A stretch of 64,000 nt of DNA from Lepidodermella squamata (Eukaryota; Animalia; Gastrotricha), in contig JBLDXI010000020.1 in NCBI GenBank assembly GCA_047495785.1, positions 1,550,001 to 1,614,000 of the forward strand, given 5' to 3'. The position numbers were made by a program, and so were the translations under genes. The stretch's first letter is position 1. Each line of letters starts with the position of its first letter. The notes below the pieces were generated by a model. It was not told the DNA's origin and searched no databases. It saw only the letters and a program-made list of their open reading frames with translations. Positions 62,901-64,000 of the stretch are shown one piece after another.

Positions 62901-64000
62901 ATGCGATTATTGTGTTGCTCTCTTCGCTCTCTTCTCTCGCTCTCGCTCTCGGAATGAAGAATTATTATTAATATTATTATACTATTATACTATCATTATT
63001 ATACAGTTGATGTCTGCAAGTCGTTTATCGGTAGTGTGCGCAATCCTTTTTAATAGAAAACGCTGTGTCTGCGATCACAGCCTTGTACTGTCAGCAGAAC
63101 TACTACTACATTTACTTACCGTATATAGGAGCAGCGATCATGATGTTGATAATGATAAGAAAACGGTATGATGAAGTAAAGCTTTCACTGCTGATGAAGT
63201 CAAGCGTGTCTTTTGAGATATTCTAGGTCGGAAATTTCCGTGTTTTTTCAGTGACAGGAAACTCCAGGCCTCAAGCATGGGCTGGATCGATGCCGGGTTC
63301 AAATCACAGATTCAGGGAAAGTCCGATATAAAGCGTGGTCTAGAGGACGCGCAACTACTTTTTGAGTTCACAGCTTTTTGCATCAAGTTCAGTTATTTTC
63401 CGATATTCCTACGATTTCACTGAATACATTCAAAATTTACACGAGAAAGCCCAGACGTTTCGCATGTTCGTATGTTACCCCGATGGGCCAAAATTTCCGA
63501 TCATGGTTGCGTTATTTATGGGACACTCCCTCCGTGACAGGAAAAAGGAAAGGATTCTGGAGCTCGTGGTAGAGGTTCCGCTAGCATTTGATGCCCATCC
63601 TTGCCCCCAGCGGCGTGAGGAACTTGAATTAGTTCACAGAAAGTGAGAAAGCTATTTTTTATTACTCACTCAGAATTCTTGTCTCAATTATCCGAACCTC
63701 AGCGCCGCGTCCGACATTCAATTATTGAGGATTCCTCCTACGCCATGCAACAGCGGGACCTGTCAGTATTAATAATTAGCTTTGATTGATCCGGACGAAT
63801 AAGTTGCTTTCACTGTGGAATATAACATTTTCACCTGAAAAATCGATCGTCAGCCATTGGGGAACTTTTGCATGCCAAAATATAGGCAACTTCAGCCGAA
63901 CTTTTCTTTTCAAAATGGAAGCTGGCGAAGGTGTCCCATCTGTGCCGGCAGTACATTTTTCAAGTGAAAATGTTATTTGATTCTACATACATAGGTACAT

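Noticed and set aside
63265-63325. B-box-like GGTTCAAATC and RNase P/MRP-like GGGAAAGTCC
   Set aside because: No properly spaced A box or cloverleaf, and no complementary P4 partner found downstream.
609-63980. Many ORF-track entries antisense to or frameshifted within real genes, and ORFs in 17-21.8 kb, 24-27 kb, 54.6-57 kb and 60-64 kb
   Set aside because: Shadow frames or low-complexity AT-rich translations with no recognisable motifs or splice-supported structure.

Overview
Gene-dense eukaryotic (animal) genomic DNA. Introns are mostly 47-65 nt and canonical GT-AG, so the ORF track is fragmented and I re-assembled the genes by hand. About 23 protein-coding genes: TRAM1, VPS26, a divergent Na+/K+-ATPase-alpha-like P2C pump, a CYP3-clan P450, an unannotated micro membrane protein, a cytosolic sulfotransferase, two tandem tetraspanins, KIAA0930, BET1, SIL1, FAAH-like amidase, a secreted WAP-domain protein, TEX52-like, MTHFS, INTS14, an Ldh_2-family dehydrogenase, a Torso-like receptor, USPL1-like, TIMM44, EIF3J, AK2 and CK1-gamma. 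There are also three identical tRNA-Thr(CGT) genes, one Tc1/mariner-type MITE and a relic duplicate of the WAP gene 3' end. A TEX52-like gene with an RFX X-box suggests an invertebrate with motile cilia and a compact genome; I cannot name the taxon. Most interesting: (1) three same-strand housekeeping clusters with stop-to-start gaps as small as 71 bp, where a poly(A) signal sits just upstream of a splice acceptor before the next ATG (candidate operons or trans-splicing); (2) a P2C ATPase with intact catalytic motifs but with two ion-coordinating aspartates changed to Cys and its Na+ site-III determinants lost; (3) a Torso-like receptor with a dead kinase and a USPL1 without its catalytic Cys/His; (4) a small Cys-tailed membrane protein gene missed by the ORF track. 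All family assignments rest on recalled motifs, not database searches.
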